Shown here piece after piece: positions 18,876 through 28,717 of a stretch of DNA of 64,000 bases. The DNA comes from a virus, in the IMG/VR virus record IMGVR_UViG_3300035704_000002, positions 64,203-128,202 of that record. The stretch is one strand, 5' to 3'. Below the pieces are notes generated by a model, which ran no database searches, was not told the origin of the DNA, and saw only the letters and a list, made by a program, of their open reading frames with translations. Within the stretch, counting starts at the first letter, position 1. Each line of letters begins with the position of its first letter. Made by a program: the position numbers and the translations under genes.

Positions 18876-19499
18876 ATGAAAACGATCAAGTGGGGCGACT
18901 CGCGCCTACCTGCCCGCTTCTGGATCAAGATTCGCATCAACCCACAGACTGGGTGCTGGGAGTGGATCAACCCACTGGACAAGGATGGCTATGCCCACTT
19001 CCGCCTCGCCGGATCACCAACTCGAATCGCGCACCGAATTGCCTACCTCGTACTGGTTGGACCAATCCCCGAGGCAACACTGAATCACGACTGCCGGATA
19101 CGACACTGTGTGAACCCCAATCGTGGGCATGCTGCAACACCCATGTCCAGCGAAAACAATGTACGCGAAGGCAAGGCGCGCATCACTCACTGTCCCCATG
19201 GGCATGCCTATACCGAGGCGAACACCATGATGACCGGCCCGACCAAACGCAGTCGAGCGTGTCGCACTTGCTACAACGCAAAGTCGAAAAAGTATTGGCG
19301 CACAACGCAGAGACACAGAGAGAAAGAAGCACGTCGCGCGGCTGGCTATCGCGGAAGTGTAGCCGAGACCGCCACATGCAAATACGGACATCCACGAACC
19401 AAGAGGAACACCTATACGACACCCAGCGGCTACAAAACGTGTCGCGTGTGCCGTCACGAACGCTCTACGGCCTACAACAAGGTCGGTCGCGCCAAGTAG
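18876..19499 (+). CDS. free-standing HNH endonuclease with two C-terminal Zn-ribbon repeats
   Basis: RFWIKI, TGCWEW, AHRIAY..LVGPIP, LNHDC...CVNP; HCPHGH..NT..RACRTC and CKYGHP..NT..CRVC; lower GC. Confidence 0.88.
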   Translation: MKTIKWGDSRLPARFWIKIRINPQTGCWEWINPLDKDGYAHFRLAGSPTRIAHRIAYLVLVGPIPEATLNHDCRIRHCVNPNRGHAATPMSSENNVREGKARITHCPHGHAYTEANTMMTGPTKRSRACRTCYNAKSKKYWRTTQRHREKEARRAAGYRGSVAETATCKYGHPRTKRNTYTTPSGYKTCRVCRHERSTAYNKVGRAK

Positions 19500-19506
19500 G
19501 TGCTTC

Positions 19507-21396
19507 GTGACGATCCTGTCCGCCGCACAGGTCGCCGGCCTGGTCAAGAACGCCGGATTCCCCGCCGACGTGCAGGCCACCATGGTCGCGATCTCCAAAG
19601 CGGAGTCCGGCTACAACACCACGGCCACGCACACGAACAACAACGGCACCGTCGACCGTGGTCTGTTCCAGATCAACTCTGTGCACCGCCAGTTCGACGG
19701 CAACCGGTTGCTGTCCGATCCGCAGTACAACACGAACGCAGCCAAGAGCATCTACGACGGCCAGGGCTTGTCCACGTGGGCCACCTACACCTCGGGTGCC
19801 TTCGAGAAATTCATCAACGAGGCACGGGCCGCCGTGGCGAACGCGGCATCGGTCAACGGATCGTCGGTCACGTCCACCGACTCCAGCAGTAGCAACGGAA
19901 CCGGCCAGCAGTCGGTCACCTACGGACCGCCCGGACCGCAGTACACCGACGCCGGCATCGGCACACCATTGACCAGTGCCGAGGAGACCGACTCGCCGCT
20001 GACGGGGTTGCGCGTGCTGGGCAGTGAACTGGGTGGCGACTACGCCAGCGTAGTGATCAACACACCGAGCTATACGGCCGCCATGGAGACGATCCCGAAC
20101 CTGACGTTCACCGTGGCCGACCCCGAGGGAAACTTGTTGTTCCAACAGGCCAACGTCTGGGTCAAGGGTGCCCACGTGGTCTACCAAGACCTGAACATGC
20201 GCATCGACACCATCGTGTTCGAGCCTGGCACCGTCACCACCGGACAGATCACGGTCACCTGTGTCGATGACATCGTGTGGCGCCTGATGAACCTCACCGG
20301 ACCGCGTACCGCGTCCGGGCAGTCGGCGTCGCAGTGGATCGCCGAGGAGATGCGCATCGTCGGTGTCGACCCGGAACAGTGGCTGCTCGCCGAATCCGTG
20401 CCGACGCAATCGCAGATCAGCCGCGACATCCCCGACCAGTCCGGCACGGAGGCCGCCGGCAATCTACCCAGCGCGTGGACCACGATCGTGCGCTTGGCGC
20501 GCGAGTTGGGCAAGCGCGTGTTCATCTCCGGTCGGCGTCTGGTATTCGGGTCCAGCGCGTTTGCCATGCGGTGGACCGCGCCCGCACCGGTGCGCCTGTC
20601 CTGGCATGAGCTGGACTGGTCGGAACGCTTCATCACGATGCCCACCGTCACGCAGTCCTCTGTGTCCAGTAACGCCAATGTCACCGAGGTCACCGGCAAG
20701 ATCCCGCTGTCCCGAGCCAAGTATTTCCGTCCCGGCGTACCAGTGATCTTGCGGAGCGTGCCCGGCTTGGCAGCGGCCGACTGGGTGACGATGATGTGCT
20801 TCACGGTCGACTTCACCCTGGGTACCGACACTCAGGGTGCCGACATCACGCTGGCCCTTCCGGTGAACCCGCCTCCCCAACCGCCCACCGGCGGCACCGC
20901 CACGGGCACGAACGCCGGCAGCACCTCCAACGGCGCCAGCGTGTCCGGCGGCGGCGCCGACGGACAGATCGCCAGTTTCGTGGCCCTGGCGCTCCAGCAG
21001 GCCGGCAAGCGCTACGTCTACGGCGCGTACGCCAGCCCCAGCAATCCGAACCCAACGGCGTTCGACTGCTCGGAACTGGTGCAGTGGTGCTGCGAGCGCA
21101 CCGGCATCAGCGGCTGCCCACGCACCTCGTCCGAACAGCACCAGTGGTGCGCGTCCAACGGAAAGATCATCGCGGTCAACACCGCGATCAACACCAAGGG
21201 CGCGCTGCTGTTCGCCAACGGGCATGTCGCGATCTCGCTGGGCAACGGGAAGACGATCGAGGCCATGAACGCCCAGGCCGGCGTGCGTCAGGGCAACGCG
21301 CTGGGTGCGCGCGGCTGGATCGACGGCGGCCTGGTCCCCGGCGCCCTGGGCTACCAGGTAGCCGCACCCGCGCCGGCCACCGGCCGAGCGGTCTGA
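19507..21396 (+). CDS. baseplate hub with N-terminal SLT lytic transglycosylase and C-terminal NlpC/P60 peptidase
   Basis: AISKAESG, DRGLFQINS; GKRYVYGA, AFDCSELVQW, GHVAISLGNGKTIEA. Confidence 0.88.
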   Translation: MTILSAAQVAGLVKNAGFPADVQATMVAISKAESGYNTTATHTNNNGTVDRGLFQINSVHRQFDGNRLLSDPQYNTNAAKSIYDGQGLSTWATYTSGAFEKFINEARAAVANAASVNGSSVTSTDSSSSNGTGQQSVTYGPPGPQYTDAGIGTPLTSAEETDSPLTGLRVLGSELGGDYASVVINTPSYTAAMETIPNLTFTVADPEGNLLFQQANVWVKGAHVVYQDLNMRIDTIVFEPGTVTTGQITVTCVDDIVWRLMNLTGPRTASGQSASQWIAEEMRIVGVDPEQWLLAESVPTQSQISRDIPDQSGTEAAGNLPSAWTTIVRLARELGKRVFISGRRLVFGSSAFAMRWTAPAPVRLSWHELDWSERFITMPTVTQSSVSSNANVTEVTGKIPLSRAKYFRPGVPVILRSVPGLAAADWVTMMCFTVDFTLGTDTQGADITLALPVNPPPQPPTGGTATGTNAGSTSNGASVSGGGADGQIASFVALALQQAGKRYVYGAYASPSNPNPTAFDCSELVQWCCERTGISGCPRTSSEQHQWCASNGKIIAVNTAINTKGALLFANGHVAISLGNGKTIEAMNAQAGVRQGNALGARGWIDGGLVPGALGYQVAAPAPATGRAV

Positions 21397-21413
21397 CGAG
21401 AGGGAGAACGATC

Positions 21414-21881
21414 ATGTCGGCACTGCACACCGTCGCCGCGCTGTGGCGCCACCATCCGGCCGTGCGCACCGGCGAGCAGCTCACCGGTGCCGAGCGGTTC
21501 GGTGAGGCCGTCGTCAACGGGATGGGCTCGCTGCGATTCCTGGCTTGGCAGACCGTTGTTGTCGCCCTGTGGATCGTGCTCAACCTGGCCGTGGTGATAC
21601 TGCGCTGGGATGCCTATCCGTTCATCCTGCTCAACCTGGCCTTCTCCACCCAGGCCGCCTACGCCGCGCCGCTGATCCTGCTCGGCGGCAAATCCTCCGA
21701 CCGCCGCAACAGCGAGGTCGCCCTGGGATCGCTGCGCGCGGATGAGGAGAACCGGGCGCTGGTCCGCCTGCTGTGTGCCCGCGCCGGCATCACGCTCGAG
21801 GAGATCGACCAGGCCGTGGCGACGTGCCACACGATGCCCGCACTACTTCCATCGGGTGAACCTCCCGAAATCAGTACGTGA
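21414..21881 (+). CDS. DUF1003-family membrane protein
   Basis: MGSLRFLAWQTVVVALWIVLN...WDAYPFILLNLAFSTQAAYAAPLILL; AGGGAG RBS. Confidence 0.85.
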   Translation: MSALHTVAALWRHHPAVRTGEQLTGAERFGEAVVNGMGSLRFLAWQTVVVALWIVLNLAVVILRWDAYPFILLNLAFSTQAAYAAPLILLGGKSSDRRNSEVALGSLRADEENRALVRLLCARAGITLEEIDQAVATCHTMPALLPSGEPPEIST

Positions 21882-21924
21882 TCACGGCCTCTTGATCGGT
21901 TCATCCAGTGAAAGGCCATGCGCG

Positions 21925-23979
21925 ATGACCTCGCACCAGATCACACCGACCCCGTCACCGCCCGCCATCCCCGGCCAGTACGGCTCCCTGCTCCGTGGCC
22001 GCGTGCTCAAGGCTGGCCCGATCACCGGCACATGGATGGTGTCGGTACCCGCCGCCGCGCCGGGCAGCTCCTGGGGGCCGATGTCCTCCCTGGCGCCGGA
22101 TATCGTCGCGGGCGACCTCGTACTGCTCGCCCAGGTCGGCACCACCCGTGGTGATCTGGTCATCATCGGCAAGGTGCCCGGCGCCTACCCGGCGTACGGC
22201 AGCCTGCCGGGACTCACCGCCGCGCTGGCCGCGCTGAGCAGTGGAGAGGCCAGCCTGAACGCCAGTGTGACCAGCTTGAACACTGGCGTGGCCAGCCTGA
22301 ACACCACCGTGGCGACGACCGTTCGTCACGGCGACCTGATGATCAACGCGAAGGACTACGGCGCGAAGATCGACGGGCGCCGGCTGCGCAACATCACCGC
22401 GACCGCCGCCGGCACCACCGTCACTGACAACTCCGGCCTGGCCAACTTCACCTCGGCCGACGTCGGCAAGAAGTGTGCGGTGTACCTCGATGGCGACCAG
22501 GACACCACGAGCGTGGTCGGCACCGTCACCACCATCGCGGCCGTGGTGGACGCCACGCACGTCACGTTGAGCGTCGTCGCCGGCCTCACCGCCAGCGGCA
22601 CCAGTGCCTACTTTCTGTACGGCACCGACGACAGCACCGCCCTGGCCGCCGCGTTCACCGCCGCCGCCACCTTGACCAGCGTCGACACCACTGTCGGCCC
22701 CAACGAACCGCAGGGACTCGGCCGCCCGACTGTCCTGATACCGGCCAGTAGTCCCGCCAGTCTCTGTGTCCTGGGCTCCGCGCTCACCGTGCCCTCGGGT
22801 ACGGCCCTGCTCGCGCAGTCCTTCCTTGCCAACCTGCTCGCCGACCGGTTCGCGCCCTGCCTGATCGTCAACCCCTACGCCCGGCTGGCCGACCTGCTGG
22901 GCATCGAAGTGCTTTACGGCACCGGCGTGCAACTCGGTAACGCCGCCGGCACACAGGCCGATGTGCACTTCGGCAGCCTGGTGCTGTGGCATGTGGGCAA
23001 AACGCGCGAAGTCGGTGGCGCCACCCGCTATCCTGACGCCGTGGCCGCCCTGGGATACGGCTTCCTGGGCGGCCTCATCTGGACCAAGGGTGGCGCCCGC
23101 GCCCTGTCCATGAACGCCGGCAGCGACATGATGCTGGACCGGCTGTTCGCCATCGGCGCGCACTGCGCCGTGTCCATGTCGCAGAGCAACCAAGTTTCCC
23201 TTGGCGAGATCACGATGGACTCGTGCGGCATCGTCGGGGGCGGCTACAACGGCATCGAGCTGGACAACGCGTGTTCCGATATCCGGCTGGCCGCCAAGGC
23301 GTTCGTCATCACCGGATCCACTCGCAGCCTGGACAACGTCCTGATCATCGGCAAGACCAGCACGAACAAGTGCGTCGACATTCGAGCCGAGATCAGCGCG
23401 CAGGCAACCGGCGGCGTGGCGTTGAGCCTGGCCAACGCCCAGGACATCGATGTCACCGTACTGGCTTCCAACACCGCCTCACCCAGCTCCGGCGGCGGCA
23501 ACGTGACTACCGCCGTGGCGTTCGGCACCGTGGCCGGCTCGTGCCGGGTGGCCAGCGAGATGAACGGCAGCATCACGCCCTACACCGGTACGCCACCCGG
23601 CATCTACCGCTACACCCGTGGCGGGGTGGAGTACCGCGTCCAGGGCGGCTCCGCACCGGCCGGCGCGGCCGTGACGGCCAACGGTACGAGCCCGCCCGCG
23701 CCCACCGTTACCGGTAACGATCAGCGTGGCAGCGTGTCGTTCGGGTCCGGCACCGGACCCACCACGGGAACGCAAGTCACGCTCACGTTCGCCAGCGCCA
23801 CCGGCTGGGTCACCACCGCGCCCTACGTCCAGTTGCAGGCGCTCAACGCGGCCACGACCGCACTCCAGCCCTACGTCGCCAGTTGCACCGCGACCGTGCT
23901 GAGCATCGGATTCGGTGTCGCGCCCACCGCCGGCCAGGCTGTTGGCACCTACAAGCTCGGCTATCGGATCGAGGGCTAA
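21925..23979 (+). CDS. baseplate spike (gpV-like N-terminus) fused to a pectate-lyase-like beta-helix tailspike domain
   Basis: LRGRV...VSVP...VAGDLVLL...LVIIG; short coiled coil; INAKDYGAKIDG...GTDDSTALAAAF; beta-repeat C-terminal half; position between hub and wedge. Confidence 0.7.
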   Translation: MTSHQITPTPSPPAIPGQYGSLLRGRVLKAGPITGTWMVSVPAAAPGSSWGPMSSLAPDIVAGDLVLLAQVGTTRGDLVIIGKVPGAYPAYGSLPGLTAALAALSSGEASLNASVTSLNTGVASLNTTVATTVRHGDLMINAKDYGAKIDGRRLRNITATAAGTTVTDNSGLANFTSADVGKKCAVYLDGDQDTTSVVGTVTTIAAVVDATHVTLSVVAGLTASGTSAYFLYGTDDSTALAAAFTAAATLTSVDTTVGPNEPQGLGRPTVLIPASSPASLCVLGSALTVPSGTALLAQSFLANLLADRFAPCLIVNPYARLADLLGIEVLYGTGVQLGNAAGTQADVHFGSLVLWHVGKTREVGGATRYPDAVAALGYGFLGGLIWTKGGARALSMNAGSDMMLDRLFAIGAHCAVSMSQSNQVSLGEITMDSCGIVGGGYNGIELDNACSDIRLAAKAFVITGSTRSLDNVLIIGKTSTNKCVDIRAEISAQATGGVALSLANAQDIDVTVLASNTASPSSGGGNVTTAVAFGTVAGSCRVASEMNGSITPYTGTPPGIYRYTRGGVEYRVQGGSAPAGAAVTANGTSPPAPTVTGNDQRGSVSFGSGTGPTTGTQVTLTFASATGWVTTAPYVQLQALNAATTALQPYVASCTATVLSIGFGVAPTAGQAVGTYKLGYRIEG

Positions 23980-24043
23980 TGCCCTGCTCAGGACATCAGC
24001 GTGGCTTGCCGGAGTGCTCCGGTGGGCATGCGACGATCCCGTC

Positions 24044-24373
24044 ATGACGGCGCGCGTGATCAGCTTTCCGTTCCGACTGGACCCCACCGGCGCGGTGGCC
24101 ACCGTGGAGCAGGACTCCGATCAGGAGATCGAGGAGTCACTGGCGGTGGCCATGCTCGTGCGCCCTGGCGAACGAATCCAGTGCCCCACGTTCGGCGTGG
24201 CCGACCCCGCCTTCGACGGCTTCGTACTGGGCGCACTTCAGCGTCACGCCATCGACTTCGGCCCGGATGTGCAGATCACCCAGGTCGGACAGACTCAACT
24301 CGCTGACGGCAGCGAACAGGTCACGATCTCCTGGGCGCGCAACGCCCATCCACAGGGAGTGCCCAGCACATGA
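24044..24373 (+). CDS. baseplate wedge gp25/gpW-like
   Basis: ISFPFRLD.TG, VRPGERIQCPTFGV.DP. Confidence 0.85.
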   Translation: MTARVISFPFRLDPTGAVATVEQDSDQEIEESLAVAMLVRPGERIQCPTFGVADPAFDGFVLGALQRHAIDFGPDVQITQVGQTQLADGSEQVTISWARNAHPQGVPST

Positions 24374-25515
24374 CGCAACCATCACCGGACATCACCGCCT
24401 ACGTGGACCTGCGTCCGTTCGACCTGTCCGACCAGGACATCATCAACACCGCGCTGGCCAACCTGCGACTGAACCTGCCTGGCTGGATTCCACGCGAGGG
24501 CAACATCGAGTCGCTGATCATCGAGTCGGTCGCACTGGAGATGGCCGAACAGATCGTGGCGATCAACCGCGTACCTGGTGCTGTCGTAGAAGCGATCATC
24601 ACCCTGGCGGGGATCTCCAAGGACTACGGTCAGCCTCCCGACGCGACCGCCACCATCACCTTCGGCGACACACTCGGGCACACACTGCCCACCGGCACCC
24701 GGGTCTACCTCTCGCTGGGTGACGGCACCTCGGTGACCTTCCTGGTCGAACCACCCGGCCTGACCGTGGCACCCGGTGGCGCCACCGGCACCGTGAGCCT
24801 GATCGGTGACACGTTCACCGCCGCCGCCAACGGCACGCCGATCGGCACCGTCATGGTGCTGGCTGACTCGCTGCCCTACGTCGACTCTGTCGTGCTGCTC
24901 ACGGCCGTGGCCGACGGACGTGATCCAGAGACGGACGACTCGTGGCGCAACCGGGGTGTGGAGGAGTTGTCCCGGCTGTCCAGCGCGCTGGTGGTAGCCA
25001 ACCAGTTCGTCGCCTACGCCCTGAGCCAGGCCGGCGTGGCCGCCGCGATGTCGTTCGACCAGTACAACCCGACCGGCGGCCACTCACCCGGCGACGATCC
25101 CGGCTACATGACAGTGGCTGTGCTTGGACCGAACGACACCACGCTGTCCAGTGGCGCGAAGTCTACCTTGCAGGCCGCGATGCAGGCACAGGCCGTTGCC
25201 ATCCTGCAAGTCGGCGTGATCGACGCCACGATCGTCACCGTCGCCGTGGCCACCAAGGTCGTGCCCATCGCCGGGGCCGACTTCAGCGTGGTGACCACCG
25301 CTGTGAGCACCGCCGTCACCACCTACCTCAATCCGCTGAACTGGACCGGCGGATCAACCATCTTCCTGAACGAGATGATCTCCCTGATCGACCAGGTGGC
25401 CGGCGTGGATCGCGTCGTCAACGTCACCCTGGCCGGCACCGGCGCCGACTACGCCATCACCGGGATCGCGGCGCTACCCAAGGCCGGCACGATCACCGTC
25501 ACCCAGGGACCGTGA
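24370..25515 (+). CDS. baseplate J-like protein
   Basis: PGWIPREGN, LPTGT, DGRDPETDDSWRNR, IDQVAGVDRV. Confidence 0.9.
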   Translation: MTQPSPDITAYVDLRPFDLSDQDIINTALANLRLNLPGWIPREGNIESLIIESVALEMAEQIVAINRVPGAVVEAIITLAGISKDYGQPPDATATITFGDTLGHTLPTGTRVYLSLGDGTSVTFLVEPPGLTVAPGGATGTVSLIGDTFTAAANGTPIGTVMVLADSLPYVDSVVLLTAVADGRDPETDDSWRNRGVEELSRLSSALVVANQFVAYALSQAGVAAAMSFDQYNPTGGHSPGDDPGYMTVAVLGPNDTTLSSGAKSTLQAAMQAQAVAILQVGVIDATIVTVAVATKVVPIAGADFSVVTTAVSTAVTTYLNPLNWTGGSTIFLNEMISLIDQVAGVDRVVNVTLAGTGADYAITGIAALPKAGTITVTQGP

Positions 25516-25516
25516 C

Positions 25517-26737
25517 GTGACAACGCCGCTGAGCAGTGAGCCGATGCCCGGTGACGGGCAGGTGCCGTACATGTCCGCCCTGGTAAACCGGATCTACCAA
25601 CGGATACCCGAGATCTACCGCACGCTGGACGCCCAGGATTCCACTTGGACATTCAAGCGCTATCTGGGCGCTATCCTCACGCAGGCCGCTGCCGGAGACG
25701 ACTGGATCGTCGGGGTGGACGGCGACCGCCCACTGGGGCCGGCCACGATCGTGCCGTGGGGTCTCACCGACACCGCGCTGACCGCATGGCTGGCCGCCCG
25801 ACGAAACCGCCTGTCCACCCTGGGCGACCCGCTACAAGCTGACCCCACTTGGTTGACCTGGTTGGCGCAGAACGTCGGCGCCAAACTGGACCCCACGGCC
25901 AGCATCGCCGAGCAGCGCGACACGATCCTGTTCGCCACCAGCGGGTGGCGCGCGGGCACCACGAATGCCATCGAAGACGCGGCCCGCTCCGCGTTGACCG
26001 GCTCCCAATACGCTCAGTGCCTTCTGGCCACGAATGGCAACGTGGCCGGCACGCCGTGGGACATCACCATCGTTACCCGCGCCAGCGAGACGCCCGATCC
26101 CGCTGCCGTGATCGATGCCGTGTTGCGCAAGGGGGTCAAGCCGGCCGGAGCCACGCTGCACACCCGTACCTACGAGTCCAGTTGGGACACCCTGGAGGGC
26201 GTGCGGCCCACCTGGGCCGACTGGGAGGCCGCCGGAAGCTGGACCGCACTGGAGGAAAGCGGACTGTCCTACGCGGCCGTACCCACCAACCTCATGGTCA
26301 ACCCCAGCTTCGAGACCAGTACGACCGGCTGGTCCGGACTGCACTCGGCCACCCTCGCGGCCGTGTCCGGCGGTATCGACTCCACCCACATGGGCTCGAT
26401 CACCGCCACCGGGGGCGGTGCGGGCATCGTCGCCAGCGCGGTGATCGGCTCGATCCTGACCGGTCGTGACTACCTGTACGGCTTTTCCATTCGGCCTACC
26501 AGCAGTCCATTGGTCGCGGTGACCATGAACGTCGCATGGACCACGTCGGGCGGTGGCGCCATCTCCACCACGACCATCACAATTCCGGCCATATCGATGG
26601 GTTCGTGGCTTCGTATTTCCGGTCAACACCTGGCGCCGGCCAGCGCGGCGAACGCGCTGATCTCCGTCGACCTGGGGTCGGTCAGCTCGGGCGATGTGAT
26701 CGATATCGATGCCGGGCTGTTCCGGCTAGTTGTGTGA
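25517..26737 (+). CDS. baseplate/tail protein (P2 gpI-like) with C-terminal CBM4/9-like domain
   Basis: RIPEIYRTLD, WLTWLAQNVG, RAGT..AI, KPAG; NLMVNPSFETSTTGW. Confidence 0.8.
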   Translation: MTTPLSSEPMPGDGQVPYMSALVNRIYQRIPEIYRTLDAQDSTWTFKRYLGAILTQAAAGDDWIVGVDGDRPLGPATIVPWGLTDTALTAWLAARRNRLSTLGDPLQADPTWLTWLAQNVGAKLDPTASIAEQRDTILFATSGWRAGTTNAIEDAARSALTGSQYAQCLLATNGNVAGTPWDITIVTRASETPDPAAVIDAVLRKGVKPAGATLHTRTYESSWDTLEGVRPTWADWEAAGSWTALEESGLSYAAVPTNLMVNPSFETSTTGWSGLHSATLAAVSGGIDSTHMGSITATGGGAGIVASAVIGSILTGRDYLYGFSIRPTSSPLVAVTMNVAWTTSGGGAISTTTITIPAISMGSWLRISGQHLAPASAANALISVDLGSVSSGDVIDIDAGLFRLVV

Positions 26738-26747
26738 GAGGACTGTC

Positions 26748-28454
26748 ATGACCGAGACCTGGACCACGCGCATGGTGGTTCCCCAGTGGGGAGCCGGCAC
26801 CGACGCACCCTCGCGTGTGGACTTCGACGCGGCCTTCCTCAATCTGGACGGGCGGGCGGCCTACGACGACGGCATGACCTACGCAGCCGTACCCAGCGTC
26901 AATCTGATTCCCGGACGCTATGCGCGAGTGTCCACAACGGATGGTTCGTACTCACTGTACCGGCGCTCCGCCACCGCATGGGAATACGTCGGTGGCCCCG
27001 TCTCGCCCGTCAAAACGCGCAGCGTCGCACTGGGCAGCCAGGTTGGCACCGATCAGGCGTTCAGCCTCGAACTAATGCTGGGAACCCCGACACTCTGGGG
27101 TACCTACCAGGGTGACCTGTACGCCAACGGCGTGCTGCGCACCAACAACATGATGGGCGCGGCACCTCTGGGGGACACGCTCACGCCAGCCACGACTGGT
27201 CGCGCCTACGTCAAGACGCAGGCATCCGGCGACCTCGGCCTGGTCGTGCGGGCGCACGCGACCACGGCCGGCAACCTGTTCACCGCGCGCGAACAGGGCG
27301 GCAGCGACATCGTCACCATCGATGCGCTGGGCCGCTTCCAGGCGCGACTGGCAGGTGCGTTCGGCGGCGCCACCATGCCGACCACCAGCACGCTGGCCAT
27401 CTCGCCCACCACCAATCCGAGCGATGGCGTCACCAACGGACTGCTGTTGTACGGTCAATCCTCGGTCGCCACGCGGGCGCTGCTGAATGCCTATTCGTTC
27501 GCCAGCGACACGGCGTCCATCGCAACCTGGCTGACCAACGGGATGTCATTCGGGAAGTTGCCCTGGGGCACGGCCGGCGCCAGCGACGGCGCCATGACGC
27601 TGGCGGCCGACGTTCAGTACTTCCGGGCGATCGGCGCGAACCTGCCCGGCGCGGCCCAGTACGGCACCTGGTTCACGTTCGGCAAAGCCGCCGTGTCCGC
27701 GCAGAGTGATTCCACGCAGGATACGCAGATTTTCTCGCTGGGCTCCGCCGGCTCTAGTCTGACCATTCCGCTGTACCTGTCCCAGGAAAACAACACGTCA
27801 GCGGCCAACCTATCACTGTACCGGTTCACAGACTTCACCGCTGGCCGCTTCCTGGTCTTGCAGCAGGCCACGCGTACCGGTCCTACCACGCTGACTTTCC
27901 AACTCGCCTCGGACTGGAACGCCGACGGCCGGCTACGTACCGGCGTGCTGTGGAAAGGTTCCGGAGCGGTGCGCGATGCGCGTCAGCCGATCATGCACGT
28001 CAGCACCAAGGTTTTCGGCGGTCCTGGCGGTCCACCCACTCTTGGTCAGGACATCCCGACCAACACGAGTTTCACTTATACGTTCTCGGTGATGCAGGCG
28101 CGCAGCTTCGGCAACTGCGATCTGAACATCGCTCTTCAGACAACCTACATTCTCAACAAGGCTGGGATCAACATCCCGCAAGGCCAGGGCTGCAACGTAA
28201 ACATCTACATTTCCGTTAACGGCGGCGCTTTCAATCAAGTTGACGTAGGCCGCGAATCCTTCAGTCTCGCAGCCGCGAGCGGCGATCCGCAACTAGTCGG
28301 TGAAGTATTCACCGATACGGCCCGCCTGGTATCCGTACCTAACGGTGCGACATTCCAAGTACGGGCCACAATGAACGCTTCAGGGGAAATGTTCCTGCGC
28401 CGCTGGGACCTCGAAGTAACCGAATGCAGCCTCGAAGTGTATGCCGCACCGTAA
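26748..28454 (+). CDS. tail fibre / receptor-binding protein
   Basis: After gpI-like gene; N-terminal TTRMVVPQW..GTD.PSR.DF; beta-rich; distal part lower GC. Confidence 0.7.
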   Translation: MTETWTTRMVVPQWGAGTDAPSRVDFDAAFLNLDGRAAYDDGMTYAAVPSVNLIPGRYARVSTTDGSYSLYRRSATAWEYVGGPVSPVKTRSVALGSQVGTDQAFSLELMLGTPTLWGTYQGDLYANGVLRTNNMMGAAPLGDTLTPATTGRAYVKTQASGDLGLVVRAHATTAGNLFTAREQGGSDIVTIDALGRFQARLAGAFGGATMPTTSTLAISPTTNPSDGVTNGLLLYGQSSVATRALLNAYSFASDTASIATWLTNGMSFGKLPWGTAGASDGAMTLAADVQYFRAIGANLPGAAQYGTWFTFGKAAVSAQSDSTQDTQIFSLGSAGSSLTIPLYLSQENNTSAANLSLYRFTDFTAGRFLVLQQATRTGPTTLTFQLASDWNADGRLRTGVLWKGSGAVRDARQPIMHVSTKVFGGPGGPPTLGQDIPTNTSFTYTFSVMQARSFGNCDLNIALQTTYILNKAGINIPQGQGCNVNIYISVNGGAFNQVDVGRESFSLAAASGDPQLVGEVFTDTARLVSVPNGATFQVRATMNASGEMFLRRWDLEVTECSLEVYAAP

Positions 28455-28471
28455 ACACGAATGGAGTTGTC

Positions 28472-28717
28472 GTGTACGTTATCCTGGACACCACCGGTCA
28501 AAAGCAGCTACGCATGGAACGCATCGTCGCACTTGAGAGCGAACATTGGCGCACCCAGCTTCAGATGGAGGAAGCCGACACCGCCGAGGAGTTGACGCTG
28601 CTGAGCAACCGTACCGCCGATCTGGAGCGCCGGTTGGCCATACATCATCAAGCGCTGAACACCGCCGTGCGCAAACCGGCGGCGACCGGAGATTCCTATG
28701 ACACATCGGAAAACTGA
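28472..28717 (+). CDS. small coiled-coil protein (possible fibre chaperone)
   Basis: GGAG RBS, GTG start, RIVALESEHWR. Confidence 0.55.
   Translation: MYVILDTTGQKQLRMERIVALESEHWRTQLQMEEADTAEELTLLSNRTADLERRLAIHHQALNTAVRKPAATGDSYDTSEN

Noticed and set aside
18840-19506. Group I intron around the HNH gene
   Set aside because: Flanking genes look complete and only 36 and 7 nt of spacer remain, too little for a ribozyme core
11932-26737. Extracellular contractile injection system or tailocin
   Set aside because: Linked to capsid, neck, lysis and replication genes, so a phage
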